Below, piece after piece: positions 40,446-50,115 of a DNA stretch of 64,000 nucleotides. Origin of the DNA: Candidatus Cloacimonadales bacterium. Lineage in GTDB: Bacteria > Cloacimonadota > Cloacimonadia > Cloacimonadales > JAFGVF01. The translations under genes and the position numbers were made by a program. Numbering within the stretch: position 1 is the first letter of the stretch; each line of letters opens with the position of its first letter. The stretch is from NCBI GenBank assembly GCA_963667035.1, contig OY762964.1:384001-448000 (forward strand). The letters run 5' to 3'. The notes under the pieces are model-generated. The model had not been told where the DNA came from. It did not search any database and was given only the letters and a program-made list of their open reading frames with translations.

Positions 40446-43213
40446 TATTGCTCTCCTACTCTACTTCTAATCATTTTAAATCTACTCAAAGCATCAATAT
40501 GATCTTCATCATAAGCAGAAAGTCTTTTTACTTCAAATCCATTATGGAAAAGACTATCTAGGCAATCAGTAATTATATCCTCTATTGAAGTCCTTTTATT
40601 ACCGGGTTCTTTGAGTTTGTTCTCCCTAAAATACCAGAAAAGGGGAATAGTTGTTTTGTTTAGCAATTGTTCATAAACACTCTTGTACATAATAAGCTGA
40701 TAGTTCATGAAAGGATTGTCTCTTCCTGTCTTATAATCGACAATTAAACATACTTCCTTGTCCTCAATCCTAAGATCTGCTTTCCCGACAAGATAAACAG
40801 GTAGCTCCACCTTATCGGCCTTAAAAGTTATTATTGGTTCAGGAGAGGTTGTTAAATCGCTGGTATTCTCTTCTTCCGGAACAAATCGGTATTTCATAGA
40901 GGAAAAAATCTCATGTTTCTCTTCCATATTAGTGAAGAAAGCGAGGATACTGCTACTAAGAATCGGTTTAACTACCTTCTCAAAATAGAACTTCCCAACA
41001 CTTTGAGGTATTCCATAGTACTCTTTTGAGTTTGAGTCCATTAGAGTATTGATAGTAGTTTCTACATACTGATGATTGAACCATTCAGGTTTGTGCTTTA
41101 TATAACCACTATAAGTGTCGTTAAGTCTTTTAACAATTCTGCTCATGAGGATATGAATGAATCTACCGAACATCAAAGCTCCGAAGTTCTCTTCAGAACG
41201 CTTTGTCATTTCTCTTTGCTTACAAATGTTCTCGAGATAATACTTGAAGGGGCAGTTGTATAATGCAGAGAAGGCAGTAAAAGAAAGCAGATACTTGTTA
41301 TTATACAATGGTAAATCATCCTGATTAAAATCAAACCTCGCAAAACTGTTATCTAAAGGTGTGGAACTTTGTGCCCAATTACTTTTGGTTTTACAGAGAG
41401 ATTGTAGATTTCTTGTGTGACCTGAACTGTCTGAATCCAATCTCTTAACTTTAATATCAGTAAAGTTAACTACTAGCTCATCTATGAAAGAACTTACTTC
41501 TGTACCATTATCACTATTCTTTAATCCGTAGAGATACACAACGTCAGATGCAGTTAAGAGGCGATAGAAATAGTACTTCTCTCTGGCTTGGATTACTTCA
41601 AAAGTTTTCATTCCTAATGCTTTACGTTGAACATCCGTAAACAGATAAGGTTGGTTTCTTCGTCCGGGTAATAATCCTTCTTTGAGATTAAGGATAGCTA
41701 TACTGTTATAACTTGCGTTTCTGGTATCAAGAAAATTATGATATTTACTTCTTTTTGTATCAATCTTGCTACCAAACTTAATCTTTCTACTGCTAAGGTT
41801 CTCGAGTAAGAGAGAAATCAGATTTGGGGCTATCAGTCTTTTGTTTCCATCAACAAACTGTGTCCAACTATCAACAATAGAGAATTCATCTATTGTTCTG
41901 AAATTCGCTAAACCCTCATAGAAAACAGAGATTGCGTTTGAGTATTTCAGTTCCCAATCATTCAATATTTTCTCGGGATTTACACGATGAGTCATGAAAG
42001 TAACTAGTTTTTCAATGCTATTGAGAGATTTAAGTGATATAATCAGGTTCCCAATCTCATTTAAGAAATCTAAAAGTAAGCTGGAATCTATCCACCTTTT
42101 GCAACGTTTAACATTTAAATCCAGATAGATGAATCCATCATCTATGAGTTTAGTTAATTCTTTGATAAGTAGTAGGCTTTCAAATCCAAAGTATTCAGTG
42201 AAAGCATCTTCGCTCAATGTATCAATCAAGCAATTAATCTTGATTAGCTCAAGTTGCTCGTAATATATGATTCCTTTAAGTAACACAGAAAGTGTATTAA
42301 CAAATCGATACAATCGGGAATGAGTAAATGTATTATCTACGGGTAGATTAAAATACTTCTCAGAAAGCATGTTGCTTGAGAAGGAGTCCTCATAATTTAA
42401 GTAAACAATACTATCTGGTAGCTTTCCTAAACTAACATCTTCACAGAATGCTTGGTTCATTGACGTTTCATTATCTGTTAGTGTGATATTAATCTTACTT
42501 GAATCTATGCGATCAATATAATCGTTTCTTAGTACTTGATATGAACTCTTATCGAAATACTTTTCAGAACCGAAAAACAATAGTTCTACACTTATTTTAG
42601 AGCTTAACTCTTTTATAATCCTACGTTCTAATCCTGAATAATACACTTGATTAACAAACACTATCTTATCATACGAATATGCGTAAGTGTCAATATACGA
42701 ATCCAATAGAAATATCTTGTCCGTTAATCCCTTATTTTTTATATATACTTTATATGATTGTTTAATCTCAATCAATCTGTCCAGATGTGTTAATTGCCAG
42801 GGACTTGTTTCAACTAACTTACTTGAAAGTATTTCTGCTATAGTCTCAGGTATAATCTCTTCATCCCTAAGTTCTTCAAAGAAGGAAAAGAAGGAGTTTG
42901 CAAAAGACACAGATTCCTGATAGCTGTTGCAATTGAACAAATCTTTGGCTTCTTGAGATAATGAGCAATATAGAGCTATATAGCGTTTTTGATCTTCCAA
43001 TACTGGTTTTGCAGGTAAAAACAGTACTCGCTTAAACTCATCCATGCTAATGCATTTGAGGGTATTGAATTGCCAATCTTTCTGGAGAGCTCTTTGAACT
43101 TGGCTAGCATTTGCTTGAGTAGGGAAGATGAGGAGTGTATTTGATTTGGAGTAATTATCAATAATAAGTTGAGTGCAATTTACTTGGAAAGGTTGAAAAA
43201 CGAACTCCAACAT
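40445..43213 (-). CDS. addB: AddB-like PD-(D/E)XK nuclease family protein
   Basis: C-terminal CPFKYY, GKADLR, IVDYKTG; directly upstream of the addA-like gene. Confidence 0.75.
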   Translation of the reverse strand: MLEFVFQPFQVNCTQLIIDNYSKSNTLLIFPTQANASQVQRALQKDWQFNTLKCISMDEFKRVLFLPAKPVLEDQKRYIALYCSLSQEAKDLFNCNSYQESVSFANSFFSFFEELRDEEIIPETIAEILSSKLVETSPWQLTHLDRLIEIKQSYKVYIKNKGLTDKIFLLDSYIDTYAYSYDKIVFVNQVYYSGLERRIIKELSSKISVELLFFGSEKYFDKSSYQVLRNDYIDRIDSSKINITLTDNETSMNQAFCEDVSLGKLPDSIVYLNYEDSFSSNMLSEKYFNLPVDNTFTHSRLYRFVNTLSVLLKGIIYYEQLELIKINCLIDTLSEDAFTEYFGFESLLLIKELTKLIDDGFIYLDLNVKRCKRWIDSSLLLDFLNEIGNLIISLKSLNSIEKLVTFMTHRVNPEKILNDWELKYSNAISVFYEGLANFRTIDEFSIVDSWTQFVDGNKRLIAPNLISLLLENLSSRKIKFGSKIDTKRSKYHNFLDTRNASYNSIAILNLKEGLLPGRRNQPYLFTDVQRKALGMKTFEVIQAREKYYFYRLLTASDVVYLYGLKNSDNGTEVSSFIDELVVNFTDIKVKRLDSDSSGHTRNLQSLCKTKSNWAQSSTPLDNSFARFDFNQDDLPLYNNKYLLSFTAFSALYNCPFKYYLENICKQREMTKRSEENFGALMFGRFIHILMSRIVKRLNDTYSGYIKHKPEWFNHQYVETTINTLMDSNSKEYYGIPQSVGKFYFEKVVKPILSSSILAFFTNMEEKHEIFSSMKYRFVPEEENTSDLTTSPEPIITFKADKVELPVYLVGKADLRIEDKEVCLIVDYKTGRDNPFMNYQLIMYKSVYEQLLNKTTIPLFWYFRENKLKEPGNKRTSIEDIITDCLDSLFHNGFEVKRLSAYDEDHIDALSRFKMIRSRVGEQ

Positions 43214-43287
43214 AGAAATAGCCTTTTAAAGTTAAGAAATATTAATATACATGGAAGAAAAGGAAGGGGTGTGAGAGCTTATGATTT

Positions 43288-43521
43288 TTAATAGTATTTT
43301 TCTTCCTGATCCGGTTCGTCTACTGTTTTCATAAGTTCGTCAACATAATGGATGTGCTTTTTCCAGCCTAATGTAGGCTCAATGTCAATCTCAGAACTAC
43401 CGTAAAACTCTGATAATGTTGCTGCTTCTCTCATCTGGTGAATATCTCTGGAAATTTTAGCTAAGAGTCTTGTCTGCATCTTAATTTCTTCAAGCATTTC
43501 TTTCATTAATTCTTCGTTCAT
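43288..43521 (-). CDS. Hypothetical protein
   Basis: 77-aa ORF with GGAGG RBS; no recognisable motif. Confidence 0.65.
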   Translation of the reverse strand: MNEELMKEMLEEIKMQTRLLAKISRDIHQMREAATLSEFYGSSEIDIEPTLGWKKHIHYVDELMKTVDEPDQEEKYY

Positions 43522-43795
43522 TACTATCTTACCTCCGAATATTTTGTAGCAACCTCACACCTTATTCAAGATTATGTAATTATGCCTTTATAAGTCAAAC
43601 TAAATTATCTTTTTTTTAGGGAACACTAGTTTACTTATTCACTTAGTGTTTATTGACAATAATATAGGTGCGAAGGTATTGTAAAAGTATATCTCTTCCC
43701 GATGTTTGCTTAAAGAGTTAAGTAAACAATTAATTCTCTCGACAAAATAGGATTAGAAGCTTAATATTGTCGGTTAACAATGAAAAGGATGTTAT

Positions 43796-44353
43796 ATGGA
43801 ATTTATAGATGTGATAAACACTAGGCATAGTGTTAGGGATTTTATTTCGGATCCAATTCCTGAAGATGTGCTTGAAACTATTCTTAGAGCAGGACAATCA
43901 GCACCATCAGCTCAGAATAGACAAGAGTGGCGATATTTGGTTATCAGAGATAAAGAGAGCATTAAAAGTCTTAGTATAAACTCCGGATTAATCGGATTGA
44001 GTAATCTTTTCATCCGAAATGCTCCATGTGTTATGATAGCTTGTGCAGATACACAGAAGAGTATTAAACTCAATGCTCAAGATTATTATCTTGTTGATGT
44101 GGCAATATCATTTCAAATGATGATGCTTACTGCTTGGAGTATGGGAATAGGATCTTGCTGGTTAGCTGCCTTCAACGAGAAGAGTATTAAGAAACACCTA
44201 AATCTGCCTAACCATATAAGGATTGTAGGAATCAGTCCATTTGGATATCCTGCAAAACAAGATAAACTATATAGCAAGGCATTAAAGAAGTTTGCGGGAA
44301 GTAATAACAGATTAAGTTTAGATAAAATAGTAAAATATGAGAAATGGAAATAG
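43796..44353 (+). CDS. Nitroreductase family protein
   Basis: RHSVRDF, APSAQNRQEW, GIGSCW, PFGYP. Confidence 0.93.
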   Translation: MEFIDVINTRHSVRDFISDPIPEDVLETILRAGQSAPSAQNRQEWRYLVIRDKESIKSLSINSGLIGLSNLFIRNAPCVMIACADTQKSIKLNAQDYYLVDVAISFQMMMLTAWSMGIGSCWLAAFNEKSIKKHLNLPNHIRIVGISPFGYPAKQDKLYSKALKKFAGSNNRLSLDKIVKYEKWK

Positions 44354-44363
44354 GAGGATATTT

Positions 44364-45437
44364 ATGAAGATAACAAGAGAATTAATACACGCATTACCTA
44401 AAACTGATTTACATGTTCATCTTGATGGTTCTGTTAGGATAAGCTCTCTGATTGAAATGGCAAAAGAAAGAGGAATAAAGCTTCCTGAAACTAATCCGGA
44501 TAAACTGATGAAACTGGTTTCTTGTGACGAAAATACGCAAAGTTTGGAAGAATATCTACAAGGATTCCATATTATTAACATGGTTTTGCAGGATAGAGAA
44601 TCTTTATTCAGAGCTGCATATGAGTTAGCAGAAGATGCAGCTAATGAAAACATAAGATATATGGAGGTTAGATATTCTCCGATACTACATACTCAGAAAG
44701 GTATGAAGCTCACTGATATTTCTGATGCAGTTATAGAAGGTCTGGCTCAAGCTGAAAAGGATTTTAATATTAAGACAGGTGTAATTATCTGCGGTATCAG
44801 AAATATGGATCCTGAAACTTCCGAGATATTGGCAAGATTGGCAATAATGTATAAGAATAGAGGAGTAGTAGGTTTTGACTTAGCCGGTGCCGAGTATAAT
44901 AATCCTGCAATAGTTCATGAAGATTCTTTTAAATTGGCGTTGAAGAACAATCTCAACATAACTATTCATGCAGGTGAAGCTTATGGACCGGATAGTATTC
45001 ATCAGGCTTTACATTATTGTGGAACTCACAGAATAGGGCATGGAACAAGACTTTTCGAGGACGGTGATTTGCTAAATTATGTCAATGATCATCGTATTCC
45101 TCTTGAAGTTTGCCTTCTCTCAAACTTGCATACGAAAGCGGTTAGTTCTTTGAAAGAACATCCTGTATCGTTCTATCTATCTTACGGATTGAGGGTTACC
45201 CTTAATACCGATAACAGAATTGTATCAAATACGACCTTAACAAATGAATACATGATAGCTGTTGAAAAGTTAGGATTCACCTACCAAGATGTTAAGAATG
45301 TAATTATAAACGGATACAAGAGTGCTTTTATCCATTATAAAGAGCGTGTAAACTTACTCAATAGAGCTTTAGCTGAAATCAAGGAAATAGAAACTCAATT
45401 CAACGAACATAGTCCTGAAGTCGATACAGTTATATAG
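44364..45437 (+). CDS. add: Adenosine deaminase
   Basis: PKTDLHVHLDGS, GFDLAGAE, HAGE, RIGHG, NTDN; ATG 44364 with AGGAGG RBS. Confidence 0.95.
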   Translation: MKITRELIHALPKTDLHVHLDGSVRISSLIEMAKERGIKLPETNPDKLMKLVSCDENTQSLEEYLQGFHIINMVLQDRESLFRAAYELAEDAANENIRYMEVRYSPILHTQKGMKLTDISDAVIEGLAQAEKDFNIKTGVIICGIRNMDPETSEILARLAIMYKNRGVVGFDLAGAEYNNPAIVHEDSFKLALKNNLNITIHAGEAYGPDSIHQALHYCGTHRIGHGTRLFEDGDLLNYVNDHRIPLEVCLLSNLHTKAVSSLKEHPVSFYLSYGLRVTLNTDNRIVSNTTLTNEYMIAVEKLGFTYQDVKNVIINGYKSAFIHYKERVNLLNRALAEIKEIETQFNEHSPEVDTVI

Positions 45438-45443
45438 TAATTA

Positions 45444-47702
45444 TCAAATATGCTTCTTATCATGGTTTACCTTATAGGAAGCATATTTATTTATGCTTTC
45501 TACGAGTTTCTTTTTATCAATAGGTTTAGATACATAATCATTTGCCCCTTTCTCCAAGATTCTTTCTTTATCTCCACTCATAGCTTGGGCTGTTAGAGCT
45601 ATTATATATAAATTATTATAGTTTTTATTGCTTCTGATCATTTCTAACGTCTCATAACCGTCCATTATAGGCATTTGAATATCAAGTAAAAGCATATCAT
45701 ATTTATTACCAGCATGTAACTTTTCAAGAACTTTCTGCCCATTATCAACGATATCAAATCTATGATTTAAACTCTTAATCAAGAAGCCTATTAGTCTTTG
45801 ATTTACGTAGTTATCTTCCGCAATCAAAATATTGTATTTCTTGTCAACAGAAGTGTTGGCTGCTCCTTCACTCTCATTTTTCTCTTTAAAGTTCTCTGCA
45901 ATTTCTACCGGAATTACAAGCATAAAAATCGTCCCCTTTCCACTCTCAGATTTAAAAGTAATCTCGCCACGCATTAAATCTATCATTCTTTTAGTAATTG
46001 CTAAACCGAGTCCGGTACCTCCATATTTGTTGTGATCCTGTCCTTTAACCTGTTTGAATGGCTCAAACATGTTAGGATAGAACGCTTTGGGAATACCAAC
46101 TCCGGTATCTTCAACTCTTAGCAACAGATTCCCATCGGTGAAAGAAACTTTACATTTTACATATCCTTTATCAGTGAATTTCACTGCATTATTCATTAGG
46201 TTAACTAATACCTGTTTCAATTTCTGGTAATCTACGATTACATTCTGCGGAACATTATCATCAATCTCAAGTTTGAAACTGATGTCTTTGTCCTTACACT
46301 CCGGAGTAAAAAGACTGTATAGGTCATGGAAGAATTCTTTTGTATTAGTAATAATTCCAACTAACTCCATAGATCCTGATTCAATCTTTGAGATGTCCAG
46401 AACATCATTAATTATGTTCAATAGATAAGCAGCAGAATTCTTAATATGTTTAAGGAATTCTCTGTTTTGTTGTTCCTCAATGTTTTCGAGTAGTATATCG
46501 GTAAACCCGATAATTGAATTCATAGGAGTTCTAACATCGTGGCTCATATTTGCTAAGAAAAGACTCTTAGATCTGTTTGCCTGCTGAGCTTCTTTAGCCA
46601 GAAATTCTGCTTTTATCCTACTCTCGTAGAGTTCTTCTTCAATTAGTTTTCTCTTTTCAATCTCTACATTCAATTCTTTATTCTTATGTTTAAATCTGAT
46701 ATTCTGTTCAGCTCTTGTTTTAAGCTTAACCGACAAAGCATGGTTTTTTAAATGTACTCTCTCTAACACAAATAACAGAGCCATCAGAATGAAGCCTAGA
46801 ATTATTACTGTCCAAGTATACACTTTGTGGTCAGGTTTAGTATAGACTAACTCAAAAGGTTTAACATTGAACATCTCTAATTCTGTGTCACTAATCATCA
46901 TCCTGGAGAGAACAACGGTTTTATTGGTACCATACATATCTTTCACATTAAGTTTATAGCAAACATTCGTTTTTAAATCATTATATTTAGGGAAAGTGGA
47001 GACATCATAAACAATCCCAATACCATAGTTGTATAGGTACTCTTCAAGTCCCGGGATGGTAAGAATAGTCATCTGACTTGATTCACTCATGTGCTTCAGA
47101 GGGAAGTAGATATAGTTGTTAATTACAGTTACAAGTTTTCCTCTGATATCGCCTCTGTATGTTACGGGTTGAACATACATGATGTTGTAAGACTTCTCGT
47201 CTATGAAACCTATAAGTTTCCCTTCTTTAAACTCTGACGATAGGATATTTTTAACATCTTCCGTATTACTGTCTTGAAGTTTCAGATCTCCTTGAGACTC
47301 TGAAACGATTATCTCTCCATTACTATCTGTAAACAGAATTTGCCTATAGAAGAACTCATTATCTAAAATCTGATAATCCAGATAATTCTTAAATAGCTCT
47401 CTAATTTGATATTTACTGTACCCCAATCCATACTTCTCAGACATTCCAAGGTCTATATTCGTGAAATAAGTTAAGATGGTTTGATTCAGAGCGAGTCTCT
47501 GCATGTCATTTTTGAGTAGTCTTAACAGTTCCGAGCTTCTGTTAGCTTCAATAGTTCTATCTTTTAAATAGTTCTCAAGTGCTGCGGCTTCAAGTCTCCT
47601 GCTATCTTTCTGTGATATACGAGCCAGAATAAATATAACTCCGAAGAGTATACTTATTGCCAGCAAAATTGGGACTATAGTGGTAATTATTTTCTTTGAC
47701 AT
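45444..47702 (-). CDS. Hybrid sensor histidine kinase/response regulator
   Basis: FLANMSHDVRTP, NAVKFT, GGTGLGL, receiver EDN...LDIQMP. Confidence 0.93.
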   Translation of the reverse strand: MSKKIITTIVPILLAISILFGVIFILARISQKDSRRLEAAALENYLKDRTIEANRSSELLRLLKNDMQRLALNQTILTYFTNIDLGMSEKYGLGYSKYQIRELFKNYLDYQILDNEFFYRQILFTDSNGEIIVSESQGDLKLQDSNTEDVKNILSSEFKEGKLIGFIDEKSYNIMYVQPVTYRGDIRGKLVTVINNYIYFPLKHMSESSQMTILTIPGLEEYLYNYGIGIVYDVSTFPKYNDLKTNVCYKLNVKDMYGTNKTVVLSRMMISDTELEMFNVKPFELVYTKPDHKVYTWTVIILGFILMALLFVLERVHLKNHALSVKLKTRAEQNIRFKHKNKELNVEIEKRKLIEEELYESRIKAEFLAKEAQQANRSKSLFLANMSHDVRTPMNSIIGFTDILLENIEEQQNREFLKHIKNSAAYLLNIINDVLDISKIESGSMELVGIITNTKEFFHDLYSLFTPECKDKDISFKLEIDDNVPQNVIVDYQKLKQVLVNLMNNAVKFTDKGYVKCKVSFTDGNLLLRVEDTGVGIPKAFYPNMFEPFKQVKGQDHNKYGGTGLGLAITKRMIDLMRGEITFKSESGKGTIFMLVIPVEIAENFKEKNESEGAANTSVDKKYNILIAEDNYVNQRLIGFLIKSLNHRFDIVDNGQKVLEKLHAGNKYDMLLLDIQMPIMDGYETLEMIRSNKNYNNLYIIALTAQAMSGDKERILEKGANDYVSKPIDKKKLVESINKYASYKVNHDKKHI

Positions 47703-48523
47703 TCTTTAAAAAACTCCGGATAATACTCAATCATGAACGGATAGTATTTTTGAACCAACTCCATGTATCTCCCGTTTTGTTTGCTCTCGGCATAAAACTG
47801 ATTAAATCTGTCTTTTAATTCGGGAGAACTTTTACGAAATGCTACTCCTATGTATTGTAAATCAGTTATTGGTCCGATAATTTTAAACTTTCCGGGCCAA
47901 CGTTGCATTGCAATAAGGGCATCTCCAATATCTACAAGTCCTGCATCTGCTTTCCCTTGAATAACAGCAGGGATAATATCATCAACAGAACCATCAAATG
48001 GCACAACTTCATAACCATCCCGGTCAATGTTATATTCAGCTAAGTCAAGTGATGTTCCCATTAAACATGCAACCCTATTACCTTTTAATTGCGAAACAGT
48101 GTCTTTATATTCCTGTTCAAAGTCAGATGTTTTAACAGTTTGCATGTTAGAAGAAAGAGAAGCGACAACCAGTACTTGAGTTGGAAATATTGGGTCTGAG
48201 AAGTCAACTAAATCCTCTCTCCATGGCAATATTGTCATACCGGTAGAGATTAAATCTCCTTTGACAACGCCGTTCTTTTTACCGGTTAAATCCTCAATTA
48301 TGATATTCCAATCAGATTCATAAAACTTATGTTCCACTTTTAACTCATCACAGAACATATTAATGAATTCATAGCAAAATCCATTAGACTTAGCTGTGTT
48401 AAAATTGGCAAAGTTAATTCCTAGATGAACTAATTCGCCTTTTTCAAGAATCGTTTGTAAATCTTGTGAGTGAATAAAAGATGTTGAAAACACCAGTATT
48501 ATAAAAAAAAGAATTCGCTTCAT
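47687..48523 (-). CDS. Extracellular solute-binding protein (family 3-like)
   Basis: Signal peptide, GMTILPWREDLVDFSDP, VAFRKSSPEL. Confidence 0.85.
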   Translation of the reverse strand: MKRILFFIILVFSTSFIHSQDLQTILEKGELVHLGINFANFNTAKSNGFCYEFINMFCDELKVEHKFYESDWNIIIEDLTGKKNGVVKGDLISTGMTILPWREDLVDFSDPIFPTQVLVVASLSSNMQTVKTSDFEQEYKDTVSQLKGNRVACLMGTSLDLAEYNIDRDGYEVVPFDGSVDDIIPAVIQGKADAGLVDIGDALIAMQRWPGKFKIIGPITDLQYIGVAFRKSSPELKDRFNQFYAESKQNGRYMELVQKYYPFMIEYYPEFFKECQRK

Positions 48524-48716
48524 ATTTATCTCTGAAATTATGTTTTGTTGATTAAGTTACTATTGTCAAGAAGTATCATACTTTGTTGATGTCTAGCACT
48601 TTTTTAGAGCTAAGCAGTGATACTTGGAGTACATTTTACTTCCTGAATAGAATCATTTATCAATTTATGCATTATCACATCATACTGTTAAAACGACTTG
48701 CTAAAGCCCAATTTTC

Positions 48717-48839
48717 CCACTGTGCTCCCACTGTGAAGGCACTGTGAACCCGGTGTTTCAGTGCGTGGATAGTGCGTTCACACTGGTTGAACAGTGCAAA
48801 TTCAGTGCGTTGGTAGAGTCGGGAGTGTGAGAAAACTGT
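48717..48839. repeat. 11-bp-phased CACTG/CAGTG element, copy 2
   Basis: Colinear with 16631-16755; shared core AACCCGGTGTTTCAGTGCGTGGATAGTG. Confidence 0.8.
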
Positions 48840-49521
48840 ACTGTCCTGGATAGGTTACCCTAAAAAGGAACAGGAGAAATGATGAGTAAAGAGACAACGA
48901 AAAGGTACCAACGCAGTTATAGTGTTGTATTTAAAATGAAAGTAGTGGACGAAATTGAGAACGGATATTTAACTCAAGGAGAAACTCAATAAAGAGATAT
49001 TGAATTAGGACTTATGTATCTGTTTTATTAACAGATTACTATCCAAGAAAGATAGCTGGTCACTACTTATCGGATACTATGGAAACAACGGGAGCAGTAA
49101 AGGCAATTAATAAAGCAAAAAGTGGTACAAAAATCCCTCGAGGGATAATACTTCACTCTGATCATGTAGTTCAGTACTGTAGTAAACAATACATCGGATT
49201 ACTCAAAAGAAACCAAGCAAGAGTTAGTATGACAGTAAAGAATCACTGCTATGATAATGCAGTAGCTGAACGAGTAAATAGAACATTGAAGCATGATCTT
49301 GGAATGATATTGAAATTTCCAAACAAGAAAGTTACTTTACAAGCAACAGAAGAAGCAATAGATATATATAATAACAAAAGATATCATTCTTCACTTGAAT
49401 ACAGCACTCCGGGAAGTGTAAATACTTCGTAGTAAATCAATATAGAAAAGATAGAATTATTTCAATCAAATGAAGTAAACTGACTAACTAAAACTTTGGT
49501 AAACTTATTCAGGACACTACA
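48837..49521 (+). mobile_element. Internally deleted, non-autonomous IS3-family element
   Basis: TG...CA ends with IRs TGTACTGTCCTGGATAG / TGTAGTGTCCTGAATAA; orfA start MMSKETTKRYQRSYSVVFK(*) joined to a decayed orfB core (HSDH..QYCS, CYDNAVAER, YNNKRYHSSL). Confidence 0.85.
49079..49432 (+). pseudogene. IS3 orfB (DDE integrase core) fragment
   Basis: rve-type motifs; 5' part missing or frameshifted. Confidence 0.8.
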
Positions 49522-49921
49522 CTATGCGGTAATGGATACAGATGAAGCTAGATTTATTACGAAGAAGTATAGAATTGACACCAACAGTGACCATGCTTAT
49601 ATCTCTTTTAATCGTGATGATATTGTCAGTGGGGCAATTCCTGTGATCACATCACTCGAAGGTAACTACCCTAATCCGTTCAATCCAACAACAACAATAA
49701 ACTACAATATCGCAAATGAGACAGATGTGAAACTTGATATTTACAATATTAAAGGTCAAAGAGTGACTACTCTCGTAAATGAACATCATGAACCGGGTTA
49801 TCATTCTGTAATCTGGAATGGTAAAGATAGAAATAACAAATCAGTTGCCTCTGGTGTCTATTTCTATCGCTTGAAAACAAATGACAAAGTCTTGACAAAG
49901 AAAATGATGTTGCTCAAATAA
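49522..49921 (+). pseudogene. 3' remnant of a secreted FlgD/T9SS-like CTD protein truncated by IS3
   Basis: NYPNPFNPTTTI...KKMMLLK only; ORF start lies inside the IS end. Confidence 0.75.
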
Positions 49922-49969
49922 CCAAATAGTTATTTGAAATTATGAATTAGAAATTACTAATTAGAAATT

Positions 49970-50094
49970 GGGCAGGCATGTCCTGCCCTTTTTTGGAACG
50001 CAGGCATCTTTAGTCGGTAAAATTGCATTGCACCAACTATGTTGGATTTTACTGACTTGCCTGCAAAGAATGCGGACAGGATGTCCGCGTTCCC
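49970..50094. repeat. Terminator hairpin + REP-like doublet with a 48-bp insertion
   Basis: GGGCAGGCATGTCCTGCCC-T6; GGAACGCAGGCATCTT[insert]GCCTGC...GCGGACAGGATGTCCGCGTTCC. Confidence 0.8.
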
Positions 50095-50115
50095 AGTAAT
50101 ATAAAAGCAGGTCCA

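Noticed and set aside
43268..43562. GGTGTGAG inverted pair flanking the 77-aa ORF
   Set aside because: Only 8 bp and no target duplication; insufficient to call a mobile or invertible unit.
49936..49970. Five 7-bp AATTA-containing tandem units
   Set aside because: Short low-complexity repeat with no further support for function.
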